A stretch of DNA of 64,000 nucleotides from Candidatus Thalassarchaeaceae archaeon (GTDB lineage Archaea > Thermoplasmatota > Poseidoniia > Poseidoniales > Thalassarchaeaceae), in NCBI GenBank assembly GCA_030747675.1, contig JASLKH010000035.1, positions 1 to 64,000 on the forward strand. Direction: 5' to 3'. The notes under the pieces are model-generated. The model was not told the DNA's origin and made no database searches. It saw only the letters and a list, made by a program, of their open reading frames with translations. This document shows, piece after piece, positions 8,215 to 17,482 of this stretch (within the stretch, counting starts at the first letter, position 1; each line of letters starts with the position of its first letter). Both the position numbers and the translations under genes were made by a program.

Positions 8215-10338
8215 TTATTCTTCCTCTGTATGAGAGGATAATATATGGCCTTCATTTTCAGTTAATCGTTGTCCAATCCACATTACAATAAGCAATGGCG
8301 CTAAGAGAACAAAGAATTGTAAAACATTGGATGAATATGGTTCAAGCACTACCTCTATTGTGAAAATACGAATCTCAGAGTTACCATCATCATCTAATTG
8401 CCTCCAAGCGATATGGTCTTCCATAACTTGGGGATCTAATTGATCGATGCTGTCGGGTGTATGCAAAGGATATGAGCGATTATCAGCAATGATATGGAAA
8501 TCAACTTCCCAGTCTAAATAATCTGGATTCGGATCATTTGATATTAGGAACTGCTGCTGCTGCCATGCAATGTGGCCATGTCCAATACTTGGAGAGGCAA
8601 CAGGGAATACAGGATCACCAAGAATCCGCTGATCTCCGGACATAAGATCAACTAGAACTAGACGGTCAACAGCAGTCAAATTGACCAAAGCCACGAGATG
8701 GTTTCCCTCCAACGCAATTTTGGTGACTTGTGCATTCTCATAATCTACAATTGTATCAGTCATAGATTGAACTTGTTGGTCACGTGGAGTATCTATTTTT
8801 GCATCTATTTCAACAGACAAGTATCTCTCTATTCCACTAATTGTTTGCACGTGGACTACATTCGGTTCATTTGTCTCAACATAAGCCACACTATGCGCAT
8901 CAGTTGCAATTAATGAAACTGGAGCATTCGGTGGATAGGAAAGAGGCGTCGCATTTCCCATTCCTCGCGCACGCATCTCAATATCTCCGCCATTCAACAT
9001 AACCATGTGCGGCCAAGCAGCATCACCGTTTGACAACATAGAAATGTCATCGAATAACGGGCCAGTCACCCATTGACCTTCCCATTGATTATTACTAATG
9101 TTGAAGAATTCCAATTGATATCCATGCCAAATCACAATGTGCGATTCTCCAATTAAAATTTCTACAGGATAGTTGCCCCAAGTTGTAACAAGACCAATGT
9201 TGCTTTGATAGGACTCTTCAGCAGAAAGATTCCACATAGTAACAGAGATATTACCTTCATCTATGGACTCGTAACTAGCCAACCAACCATCTGCTCCAGT
9301 TGCTGCACTCGGTTCAGAAATTCCTTCAGCAGAGAAATGTTGGTGAGTTGTGTCCCAAAGCAATACACCTGCAGTGCTCGCAGTTAGCAACATAATGGCA
9401 ACCCCAGTTTGTCGACTCCCTGGTACTTTCAGCCAAGTCCAAACACGGCTCAAAATTACTTTGGCTTCAATAAATGGTCTCCGCCAATCTGCCAAAAACC
9501 AAGACAATCTATGGGTGAATAAGCGTTCATCTAATCCCCTCCAAATAGTTGGGGCGATATATTCTGCAACATGAACTGCAGCGGCTCCAACAAGTAAACC
9601 TCCAATAATATCGCTAACCCAATGTATTCCAAGATATAAAATTGTAAATGCTGTGAGAATGATGTATGACACCAAAAACTGGCGCCATGTTTTCCATCTT
9701 CCATCTAAATCATTTCGGGCATAGCAATACCATATTGCAAAAGGCATCCCAATATGCAAACTAGGCATTCCATTTGTGAATGGGTCGATACGGGTGAACC
9801 AAGTCTGAATCTCAGGAGTTAAATTGTAACCTAATGTTTGCATACCAGGGATATAATCTCCTGTAACTCTTACATTGAAAAATAAGTAAAATGGTAACGC
9901 TAACATGTAAACCATCAATATTGTTAGAGTAAGTCGATCAGCCATATGGCGATCATCAAAATAACAAGTATACACAAATGCAGAAAACATAATCATCATA
10001 TATCCTGCAATATAGAAATGAGTTAAGATGAAAGTGAGAATTTTGTTTTCAAATTCCTTCTGGATTTGTAATACAATGTCGCCTTCGATAGCATAGATGT
10101 ATGCGGTCATATCTAAACGAGTATTTGCCATAATTATACGATCGATACCATCGAAGATATCTTTCCAGATATAGATTGAAAATACAATGATTGCATGCAT
10201 CCAATAACGACGGAACATATCTAAAAATCCAGATACTGTAATTCGAGACCAAGATGGTTTCAGAATATACATTAAAGCTACAGAAGTGACAATTGCTCCA
10301 GTCACCCATGTGACGTAAATTCCAGTTCCTCCCGCCAC
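8215..10338 (-). CDS. PAP2 superfamily (AUR1/inositol-phosphorylceramide-synthase-like) membrane enzyme fused to a large beta-rich extracytoplasmic domain with a C-terminal TM
   Basis: MPSLH and LYLGIHWVSDIIGG motifs; roughly 330 aa of beta-strand-rich sequence follows (HIAW/DHIAW repeats). Confidence 0.8.
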   Translation of the reverse strand: MAGGTGIYVTWVTGAIVTSVALMYILKPSWSRITVSGFLDMFRRYWMHAIIVFSIYIWKDIFDGIDRIIMANTRLDMTAYIYAIEGDIVLQIQKEFENKILTFILTHFYIAGYMMIMFSAFVYTCYFDDRHMADRLTLTILMVYMLALPFYLFFNVRVTGDYIPGMQTLGYNLTPEIQTWFTRIDPFTNGMPSLHIGMPFAIWYCYARNDLDGRWKTWRQFLVSYIILTAFTILYLGIHWVSDIIGGLLVGAAAVHVAEYIAPTIWRGLDERLFTHRLSWFLADWRRPFIEAKVILSRVWTWLKVPGSRQTGVAIMLLTASTAGVLLWDTTHQHFSAEGISEPSAATGADGWLASYESIDEGNISVTMWNLSAEESYQSNIGLVTTWGNYPVEILIGESHIVIWHGYQLEFFNISNNQWEGQWVTGPLFDDISMLSNGDAAWPHMVMLNGGDIEMRARGMGNATPLSYPPNAPVSLIATDAHSVAYVETNEPNVVHVQTISGIERYLSVEIDAKIDTPRDQQVQSMTDTIVDYENAQVTKIALEGNHLVALVNLTAVDRLVLVDLMSGDQRILGDPVFPVASPSIGHGHIAWQQQQFLISNDPNPDYLDWEVDFHIIADNRSYPLHTPDSIDQLDPQVMEDHIAWRQLDDDGNSEIRIFTIEVVLEPYSSNVLQFFVLLAPLLIVMWIGQRLTENEGHILSSHTEEE

Positions 10339-10391
10339 AATATCACCGCTTTGTTAGGTTTAACCGCGTTCAGGTCAAGAGCGTTGCCACG

Positions 10392-11408
10392 TCAGAGGAT
10401 AGTTGGAGCACTATCCTTAGAATTATCAAGTTCAGCCATCAAATTCTGAACAACCCTATCAAATGCCAAAGCAACATCACTTTCTGGGTCAGCTACAATC
10501 CTATGAACTCCATCATCCCCACCTCGAACAACACCTGGGTCGAATGGTAATGACCCAAGGAAGGGGACTCCCATCTCTAGAGCCGATGCCTCTCCACCTC
10601 CTTTTTTGAAAACTTCAAGGCTGACCGACCAATTTCCATTTTCATCTGATGTAGTTTCTATTGGAACTCCACGTGGCCCCATTACTGAAATTTCAGAATT
10701 AGGTTTCGTCATACCTCTAAGGGTGTATCCAGACATATTCTCAATGACTCCCAATACTGGAATTTTAACCGTTTTAGAGAAATTAATCGATTTGCGGCTA
10801 TCTAAAAGTGCGACTTCTTGAGGAGTAGTCACAATTACCATACCATCGATATTTGGAAGAGATTGCGCTACAGTCAATGGCTCGTCACTAGTCCCTGGGG
10901 GAAAATCAATAATGAGGGCATCCAATTTACCCCATGCAACATCTCCGATGAATTGTTGAATTGCACCTAACTTGATTGGACCACGCCAAATTACAGGCTT
11001 ATCTGGATCTTCCAACAAAAATGCCATCGATATGACTTTGACACCATGAGGTCCTTCAGCAGGGTGTATTTGACTATCTTCAACATGTAAATCAATTTGA
11101 CCAATGCCAAGCATCTTTGGAATATTGGGTCCTGTGATGTCAATATCCAATATCCCTACTTTCTTGCCTTGACGGGCCAAACTCAGTGCCAACCCTGTGG
11201 CAACTGTTGATTTCCCTACTCCGCCTTTTCCAGATAAAACCATAATTTTGTGACCTATGTCTTCCGCTAATCTTGTCATGCGAAGTTTACGTCGCATTTG
11301 CGCATAGGCTTGCTCCATCTGTGCTTTTTGATCTTCTGTAACAGGGGCTTCAACGGCATCATTTGGTGATTCTTCATCTGGCTGATGGTGCGATATTGGG
11401 CCAGACAT
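10392..11408 (-). CDS. mrp: Mrp/NBP35 (ApbC) family P-loop ATPase
   Basis: SGKGGVGKST, DIDITGP, WRGP, DFPPGTSD, TTPQ, ENMS. Start trimmed to MSGPI at 11408. Confidence 0.92.
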   Translation of the reverse strand: MSGPISHHQPDEESPNDAVEAPVTEDQKAQMEQAYAQMRRKLRMTRLAEDIGHKIMVLSGKGGVGKSTVATGLALSLARQGKKVGILDIDITGPNIPKMLGIGQIDLHVEDSQIHPAEGPHGVKVISMAFLLEDPDKPVIWRGPIKLGAIQQFIGDVAWGKLDALIIDFPPGTSDEPLTVAQSLPNIDGMVIVTTPQEVALLDSRKSINFSKTVKIPVLGVIENMSGYTLRGMTKPNSEISVMGPRGVPIETTSDENGNWSVSLEVFKKGGGEASALEMGVPFLGSLPFDPGVVRGGDDGVHRIVADPESDVALAFDRVVQNLMAELDNSKDSAPTIL

Positions 11409-11466
11409 CGTGCTCTCTCCGGAATCGCCGTGTAGTATTCCATACTTCAAGTCGTGGCTGTGAGAT

Positions 11467-11895
11467 TTATTCTTCTTCATGATGGGGATGGTATACTCTT
11501 CCTCCCCAAACAATGCTCCTATTGACTGGTTCTGGCAACAAAACGGGATAGACAAACATCGAGAAAAGTGGGCTAAACAATGCAGCTATCCACATTGATT
11601 GAGTATGAACTTGTCCATTTAATCCCCATAGCCAAGAATATGTCAACAAATATCCAATTAGACTCGATATATACCATGCACTTATCCCTTGCTTGTCTAA
11701 ATAACGAATGCCGCCACACCAGGCCACCCAAATCGGGAAAGTAAATACCATGATTCCTGTGGCATATGAAATTATAATTGCAGACGAATCCCATCCAATC
11801 ATATGAAGAACAATATGGGCAATAAACCCAATTGAAAATATCGTTAATGATACGATGAGGCCGCGTGATGCTGAACCCTCTTCCATCAGACCCAT
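11467..11895 (-). CDS. Hypothetical 4-TM membrane protein
   Basis: Hydrophobic C-terminal part of ORF 11467..12111; start uncertain (11937, 11895 or 11886). Confidence 0.6.
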   Translation of the reverse strand: MGLMEEGSASRGLIVSLTIFSIGFIAHIVLHMIGWDSSAIIISYATGIMVFTFPIWVAWCGGIRYLDKQGISAWYISSLIGYLLTYSWLWGLNGQVHTQSMWIAALFSPLFSMFVYPVLLPEPVNRSIVWGGRVYHPHHEEE

Positions 11896-11987
11896 TGATT
11901 GCGAGTGTACCACTTTGCTCAAGAGTGCAGCGGTCATTATATATTCAATACATAGGTTTTGAAAGTAGTTGATATTGCCGAAAACAT

Positions 11988-12371
11988 ATGCGAATTCTGT
12001 TTGTTTGTGTTGGTAATTCTTGCCGAAGTCAAATAGCAGAGGGATGGGGCCGCCATTTCGGACTTGAGGTTGCAAGTGCTGGCACGAATCCAGCAAAAAA
12101 AGTCGCACCAAAAAGTGTAATTGTCATGGAAGAAGTTGGTATTGATATTTCACAACAATCTCCTTCGGTGATTGACAATTACAAAGAAAATGAATTTGAT
12201 TTTATAATCAGTATGGGCTGTGGAGTTTCATGTCCATCAATCAGGATTGATGTGGACTGGGAATTAGAAGACCCCATTGGACAATCCCTCGATGTTTATC
12301 GCACCACTAGAGATATCATTGAACAAAATGTTCGCACCTTATTGGAAACGGAGACACGCACCGACGCTTAG
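11988..12371 (+). CDS. arsC: Arsenate reductase ArsC (LMW-PTPase fold, thioredoxin type)
   Basis: P-loop CVGNSCRSQ, MGCGVSCP redox cysteines, and DP motif. Confidence 0.88.
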   Translation: MRILFVCVGNSCRSQIAEGWGRHFGLEVASAGTNPAKKVAPKSVIVMEEVGIDISQQSPSVIDNYKENEFDFIISMGCGVSCPSIRIDVDWELEDPIGQSLDVYRTTRDIIEQNVRTLLETETRTDA

Positions 12372-12400
12372 AAAAAGGGATGGCTAATGGCCGAGATACT

Positions 12401-12475
12401 GCGAGCGTAGTGTAGCGGTTATCACCGGGCGTTGCCAACGCCTGAACCCGGATTCAAATTCCGGCGCTCGCACCA
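12401..12475 (+). tRNA. tRNA-Gly(GCC), CCA encoded
   Basis: Acceptor stem GCGAGCG/CGCTCGC, anticodon arm GGGCG-TTGCCAA-CGCCT, T arm CCGGA-TTCAAAT-TCCGG, discriminator A followed by CCA. Confidence 0.96.
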
Positions 12476-15400
12476 TTATTCTCCATTACTCAATTGCTCA
12501 GAATATTTCTCTGCATGTGCCCGAGCTACATCTTCTGAGTATCCTTGAAGCACCAATTTCTGGACATATGCTTCTTTGGGATCCAAGGTTACTGATCCCA
12601 TCATTTGTTCCAAGTCACCTTTTCTCATTGCTGTAAAAATACCAATTCCTGCTAATACTGTAATCAACAAAATCACTCCCAAAATAAACCACCATTGACT
12701 AGCACCTTCAAACAATTTCTCCCCACCACCAGAATTTGTTTCAGGTGCGTTTATTGTAACTGAAAATGCTCTTTCCTCTACTGGTGTTTGGGCTAATTGA
12801 GCATCAATTCCTCTAATCTCAAATGAAACTACACCTGTTGGGACTCCAGAACGGACCTCAACTTGTACTGAATAAATACCATCTCCTGCCACCAAATCTA
12901 CTCCGGCACCATCATCACGCATTGGTTGCCATGATTCACTTTGACCGGCAGGAGCAATAACTGATAATTTGGCTTGAACTATACTAATAGAATCGCCATC
13001 AGTTACCTTCGCTGTAAGAGTGTATACATTTGCACCCTCATTAGGTGATTCCAAAGAATTGACTACACTTTGGTCGTCCCAGAAAGTGACATTAGAAATC
13101 GAAGGGCCCTCATTAAGAAGGTGAACGGGAGGCATTTCTTCGATATTATAAGGCCCAGTTGCAGTGTTATCTCCAGATTGAATTAACGTAAGCATCGTCG
13201 TAGTACCTTGCCCCCCCAATTCATCTTCAACCCTGACAGGTAGAATCTGATCACCACTAGGGATATTCAACGGCATTTTTATTTCTCCGGTCCAACTTTC
13301 CCCATTTTTTGTTAACAATGTTAAACCACCACCCCATTGTGTTGTATCAACCCCTACACTAGCTACACCTGATGAATCAATAACTGTCATGGTCACGGTT
13401 GTATTTTCACCACGATGCAGCGTGTTTGGCGAATAGGACATTTCAGTGACCCTTGGAACGCGATTCAAAAGTTGAATCGTTTGTGTTTCTTCAACAGAAG
13501 CAAAATCATCGACTGCTAAGACATCTACAGACACAAACCCTTCAATTACCCCTGGATAAACTATTTCAGTTGTGAATATATCATCATGTATTGCATAATC
13601 ACCATTCAATCCACGATCATTCAATGTGACAATCCCAAGATTAATTCCAGACATATCTACTGACACACTACGCACATTCCAATCAGGGTCATCAACCTCA
13701 ACTTCAAGGTGGCCTATCATGCCATTTTCATTGACCAAACTACCTTCTCTAAAAGCCACACTAACAATCTCTGGAGCCGAGTTTTCACCTGATGTGATTA
13801 TCGACGGAGAAAGCACCCTTTCAAGTGATTGTGATTCAGATAATGTTACTGATTCGCCTTCGCCTTCTAGTGGAACTGATACTTGCCGTGATACTTCAGC
13901 AATTAATCCAGCGAGAATGCCTTCGCTAACAACTGCTCCTGAGGCAGTGCCATTCAAATCATAATTTCCCAACCAATGAGTTACTGGAATTGAATGGCCA
14001 TCCCTATTTACAGTCCCGGTATGTGTAGCAGTAACAGTTAGGTGCATAAACTCAGAATCAAGCAAAGATACCGTATCGCCTACTTTCATTTGTGATGGGG
14101 AAAAACCTGTTTCCCTGGTAATATCTACATCACCAATCGCACTATCTGGCTCAGGGACGTCCATCTCATTCATGATTGGGCTTTCCTCAGGGTATTCGTC
14201 ACCAGTAGAGGTTTCACCACCCTCATTAGAATCCCATCGCAAGCGAACCGTACGATTATCCCAATGATTTTGAGGGACTTCATATTCCCATGTATTATTG
14301 TGAACCGCCTCCATTTCAAATATATTTGAACCACCACCTGTAAGGTTGACCCAAGACTCCTGGTGGATTACATTTACCTGAAACATTTGACCTGTAGCAT
14401 TCGATTGGGGACCAGATTGAACAATATCTCGAACTACCCCGAAATTTCCATCAATATCTCCTGAAAAAGTTCCATCAATATGAAGTTGATCAGCCGTCTT
14501 CATTCCATTAATTGATTCTTGGAAAATATTGTGCACCGTTCCATTTACCACCATCGAACTATTTTCTTCTGAATCTGAAAAATCAAACGTCCCATCTGCC
14601 TTCAGCACATTTTCTGAAGAAGTAAATTGCCCATTGTCCCAGCGTTCACGCTGAATTAATTGCTGAACATCTAATTCTAAGTGTGCATCGTCGGAATGGA
14701 TAACCATGTCCGCTGTAGCCTCTATTTCTGTATTGGATAATATCCTCTGGCCATCGATATCATGAGTTTCAATCAAAAACAAGGCTAAGTCCCCATCTGC
14801 TTCCATGAACTCTCCACCTCCAGATTCCTCCAAAGATAGATTACCGCTTGCCTCTATTCGCAATTTTTCTTCAACTACTCCTTCTACCCAATTTCTTACA
14901 ATATGTGAATTCACAACTTGGCCATATACATCAATATCCATTCCATCATCCGAAGTGTGCATCTCAAGTGTTCCATTTCCATACATTTCAAACACTTGAG
15001 ATTGTAATTCTACTCCGACTGTTGATTCATTCAACCAAACTGTACTCAACCAAAGAACAATACTAATCGTGCCGCCATCAATTGATTCATTAATTTCTAA
15101 AGTACCTGTACCTAATTCATTAGATTCTAGACTTTCACCGACGCGGCTTTGCCAACCCTGGCCAATGAAGTTTAGAGTATATGACTCCGATGCTGTTGCA
15201 TTAATTGCTTCATGTGTCATTTGAATTAGAGTAGTTCGAGTGATTTCATGATCCGAAAGTGGTTCATTCCAAATTGTAACGACAATCATTCGATTGCCGA
15301 TTTCCGCATCATCATATAAAACAACAATTTCTACTTCATCTTTCCAATTAATTTCTGAATTTAACATTATACGTAATTCTGTGTTGTTACCTCCAGTCCA

Positions 15401-15682
15401 ATTGAATTGCCATAACCCAACTAATTCTCCACTAGCATTATGATGGTTCACACTCACATTGAGCTTCTCCAAATTGGCAAAATCAACTGATTCACTCAAA
15501 ACAATTCGATAAGCATGAGTGGTGTTCCCTGACCCATCATCGACCCAATCAGTGAGGATTTCTGCAGTAAGTGATTCAGAGGCAGGATCTGCTAAAATTA
15601 TTGGGGATAAGGATACAATTGACAAAAGTAATACTCCCGCTATGCAACGAAGGTTCGGAGAATTGGATTGCATTGTGTACAC
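12476..15682 (-). CDS. Large secreted, C-terminally membrane-anchored surface protein (Ig-like/choice-of-anchor-X-like domains)
   Basis: Signal peptide, acidic beta-rich body, two motifs LNDRGLNGD..DDIFT and MRDDGAGVD..GDGIYS, then a TM helix and a short cytoplasmic tail. Confidence 0.8.
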   Translation of the reverse strand: MYTMQSNSPNLRCIAGVLLLSIVSLSPIILADPASESLTAEILTDWVDDGSGNTTHAYRIVLSESVDFANLEKLNVSVNHHNASGELVGLWQFNWTGGNNTELRIMLNSEINWKDEVEIVVLYDDAEIGNRMIVVTIWNEPLSDHEITRTTLIQMTHEAINATASESYTLNFIGQGWQSRVGESLESNELGTGTLEINESIDGGTISIVLWLSTVWLNESTVGVELQSQVFEMYGNGTLEMHTSDDGMDIDVYGQVVNSHIVRNWVEGVVEEKLRIEASGNLSLEESGGGEFMEADGDLALFLIETHDIDGQRILSNTEIEATADMVIHSDDAHLELDVQQLIQRERWDNGQFTSSENVLKADGTFDFSDSEENSSMVVNGTVHNIFQESINGMKTADQLHIDGTFSGDIDGNFGVVRDIVQSGPQSNATGQMFQVNVIHQESWVNLTGGGSNIFEMEAVHNNTWEYEVPQNHWDNRTVRLRWDSNEGGETSTGDEYPEESPIMNEMDVPEPDSAIGDVDITRETGFSPSQMKVGDTVSLLDSEFMHLTVTATHTGTVNRDGHSIPVTHWLGNYDLNGTASGAVVSEGILAGLIAEVSRQVSVPLEGEGESVTLSESQSLERVLSPSIITSGENSAPEIVSVAFREGSLVNENGMIGHLEVEVDDPDWNVRSVSVDMSGINLGIVTLNDRGLNGDYAIHDDIFTTEIVYPGVIEGFVSVDVLAVDDFASVEETQTIQLLNRVPRVTEMSYSPNTLHRGENTTVTMTVIDSSGVASVGVDTTQWGGGLTLLTKNGESWTGEIKMPLNIPSGDQILPVRVEDELGGQGTTTMLTLIQSGDNTATGPYNIEEMPPVHLLNEGPSISNVTFWDDQSVVNSLESPNEGANVYTLTAKVTDGDSISIVQAKLSVIAPAGQSESWQPMRDDGAGVDLVAGDGIYSVQVEVRSGVPTGVVSFEIRGIDAQLAQTPVEERAFSVTINAPETNSGGGEKLFEGASQWWFILGVILLITVLAGIGIFTAMRKGDLEQMMGSVTLDPKEAYVQKLVLQGYSEDVARAHAEKYSEQLSNGE

Positions 15683-15784
15683 CTTCCTTCACTAATTGTG
15701 CTGAGGACCTAATTGAATCAATTGGATATTTGTTTATTCATTTCAAGAGTTTTTCTCCAATAATTAGGGCCGATTGAGATATAA

Positions 15785-16006
15785 TTAAGCGTAAAACATC
15801 CTTAACGCTTGAATGCTGCCAGCAATAATCAAAACAAAATACCAAAATAAAGTGAAATAATAAGATTTAGGATGTTCCTCTTTTGTTACCCAACCTTTAC
15901 CGCGAAGATGAGTCCCCCCCTGTGACACACAGTACGCTATATAGAACAAACAAAAAATCGCAACAAGAGCAGATATTGCCGCTAACAATTCATTGCGCAG
16001 AGCCAT
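15785..16006 (-). CDS. Small 2-TM hypothetical protein
   Basis: 73 aa with two hydrophobic helices; co-oriented with its neighbours and 11 nt from the upstream gene. Confidence 0.6.
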   Translation of the reverse strand: MALRNELLAAISALVAIFCLFYIAYCVSQGGTHLRGKGWVTKEEHPKSYYFTLFWYFVLIIAGSIQALRMFYA

Positions 16007-16017
16007 GAGAAAAAACC

Positions 16018-16425
16018 TCAGAAGAGTGGTTCTTCATAATCATCATCTGAAAGAGTTCGCCATAGTCCATCGGGTACATCATCATAGATACCAGCGTATG
16101 GATCATCTTCAACGAGTACCTTCTTTGAAGATTTGATGTTCGTCAATGCTTCAGGCTTAAACTTCCAATAATGTATTCGCCATTCACGGCCATCCCAAAG
16201 GGTGGTTTCCTCGGATTCTGTTGTCAATAAATCGTAATCTTGGAACATGTAAAACAAGTTTCTGTCCGTAGGTTCAAGCGCATTGTCAATAATGCGATCA
16301 TAGAATCCAAAAAAGCCGAGAGCATGTTCCGCCATACCTTCTGCTGTAACCTTGTCCATATCTGGATCAATATGAGTTTGAATTGCTGATGTTAATTGTG
16401 CTAAGGACATTCCCATATTTGTCAC
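16018..16425 (-). CDS. Conserved Thermoplasmatota protein (DUF6015-like, probable winged-helix)
   Basis: FFGFYDRIIDNALEPTDRNLFY...EETTLWDGREWRIHYW matches my recollection of this family. Confidence 0.65.
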   Translation of the reverse strand: MTNMGMSLAQLTSAIQTHIDPDMDKVTAEGMAEHALGFFGFYDRIIDNALEPTDRNLFYMFQDYDLLTTESEETTLWDGREWRIHYWKFKPEALTNIKSSKKVLVEDDPYAGIYDDVPDGLWRTLSDDDYEEPLF

Positions 16426-16471
16426 CCCGGGCGGCCCACATGCCGCGCGATATGGTACATGTCTGCTACCG

Positions 16472-17482
16472 GTGCTATATCAACAATTGGCGAGTTCCGC
16501 CCCTAAAGGGGCGTCTACTCCTTCATTCGGCACGATTAAACGAGCGTTTGTTTGCCCCCCTTTTGTGTCAGACTTAGCCACGCGAAATTTTCTCGGTTTG
16601 CCCGAGATTGAAGGTCACCCTGATGTTACCATTCTCTCCGTTCCATACGAATTAACAACATCATATGGACAAGGTACAACTTACGGACCTAAAGCAACAA
16701 TAACTGCTTCTTCTCAAGTTGAACTCTATGACCCATTGCTTCCAGAAGATCTCCCTTGTGGATTCAAAATAAAAACTGCTGAATCATGGAGTGGTGAAGG
16801 TAATACGCTTAGAGAGCAATTGGATGATATTGAAAAATATCTTAACTCACATCAAAATAATTCATTCCCAATTATCCTTGGTGGAGAACATGGAATGCTT
16901 CCCGCAATAGTCAATGTCATAGGAAAGAAAGTTGAATTGAAGGATTTGACTATCGTGCAAATCGATGCTCATGCCGACCTAAGAAACGAGTTAGATGGCG
17001 ACTCAGATAGCCATGCATGTGCAGCACGACGTTGCTTAGATTTGGGTGTAGGAAAAATTCTTCAGATTGGGATTAGATCATTCTCTCGTGAAGAATCAGA
17101 ATTTACTACAAAGGATAAACGCGTTGAGGCATGGCTCGCTAGGGATATACTGAACCCATGTGGAGGTGAAATTGCTTGGCGAAAATGGTTGAACACTCTA
17201 TCGGAGATTAGTGGACCTGTTTGGCTAACCTTAGATGTAGATGGATTAGATTCTGTATATGTCCCAACAACGGGAACACCTGTACCAGGAGGACTGGCTT
17301 ATTGGCAAGTTGTCGAAACAATCGAAACCATAGCCGCTGCTCCAAATGTAGACTGGTTAGGAGCTGATGTGAATGAAATCGTCCCTGATCAAAATAATCA
17401 CGTAACTGAATTTACCGCAGCAATGTTAGTGACAAAAATTATTGCAGCACATCTTGCAAATAAGTTGGAGGAACAAGCATGA
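16472..17482 (+). CDS. speB: Agmatinase (arginase/ureohydrolase family)
   Basis: GGEH, DAHAD, DVDGLD Mn-binding motifs and TGTPVPGG. The true start may be downstream (for example GTG near 16564). Confidence 0.88.
   Translation: MLYQQLASSAPKGASTPSFGTIKRAFVCPPFVSDLATRNFLGLPEIEGHPDVTILSVPYELTTSYGQGTTYGPKATITASSQVELYDPLLPEDLPCGFKIKTAESWSGEGNTLREQLDDIEKYLNSHQNNSFPIILGGEHGMLPAIVNVIGKKVELKDLTIVQIDAHADLRNELDGDSDSHACAARRCLDLGVGKILQIGIRSFSREESEFTTKDKRVEAWLARDILNPCGGEIAWRKWLNTLSEISGPVWLTLDVDGLDSVYVPTTGTPVPGGLAYWQVVETIETIAAAPNVDWLGADVNEIVPDQNNHVTEFTAAMLVTKIIAAHLANKLEEQA

Noticed and set aside
11409-11555. Cys-containing N-terminal extension (MSIPFCC...) that could supply Fe-S ligands to Mrp
   Set aside because: It overlaps the 3' end of the upstream membrane gene in another frame and does not resemble the Nbp35 ferredoxin-like motif; most likely not translated, though start mapping would settle it.
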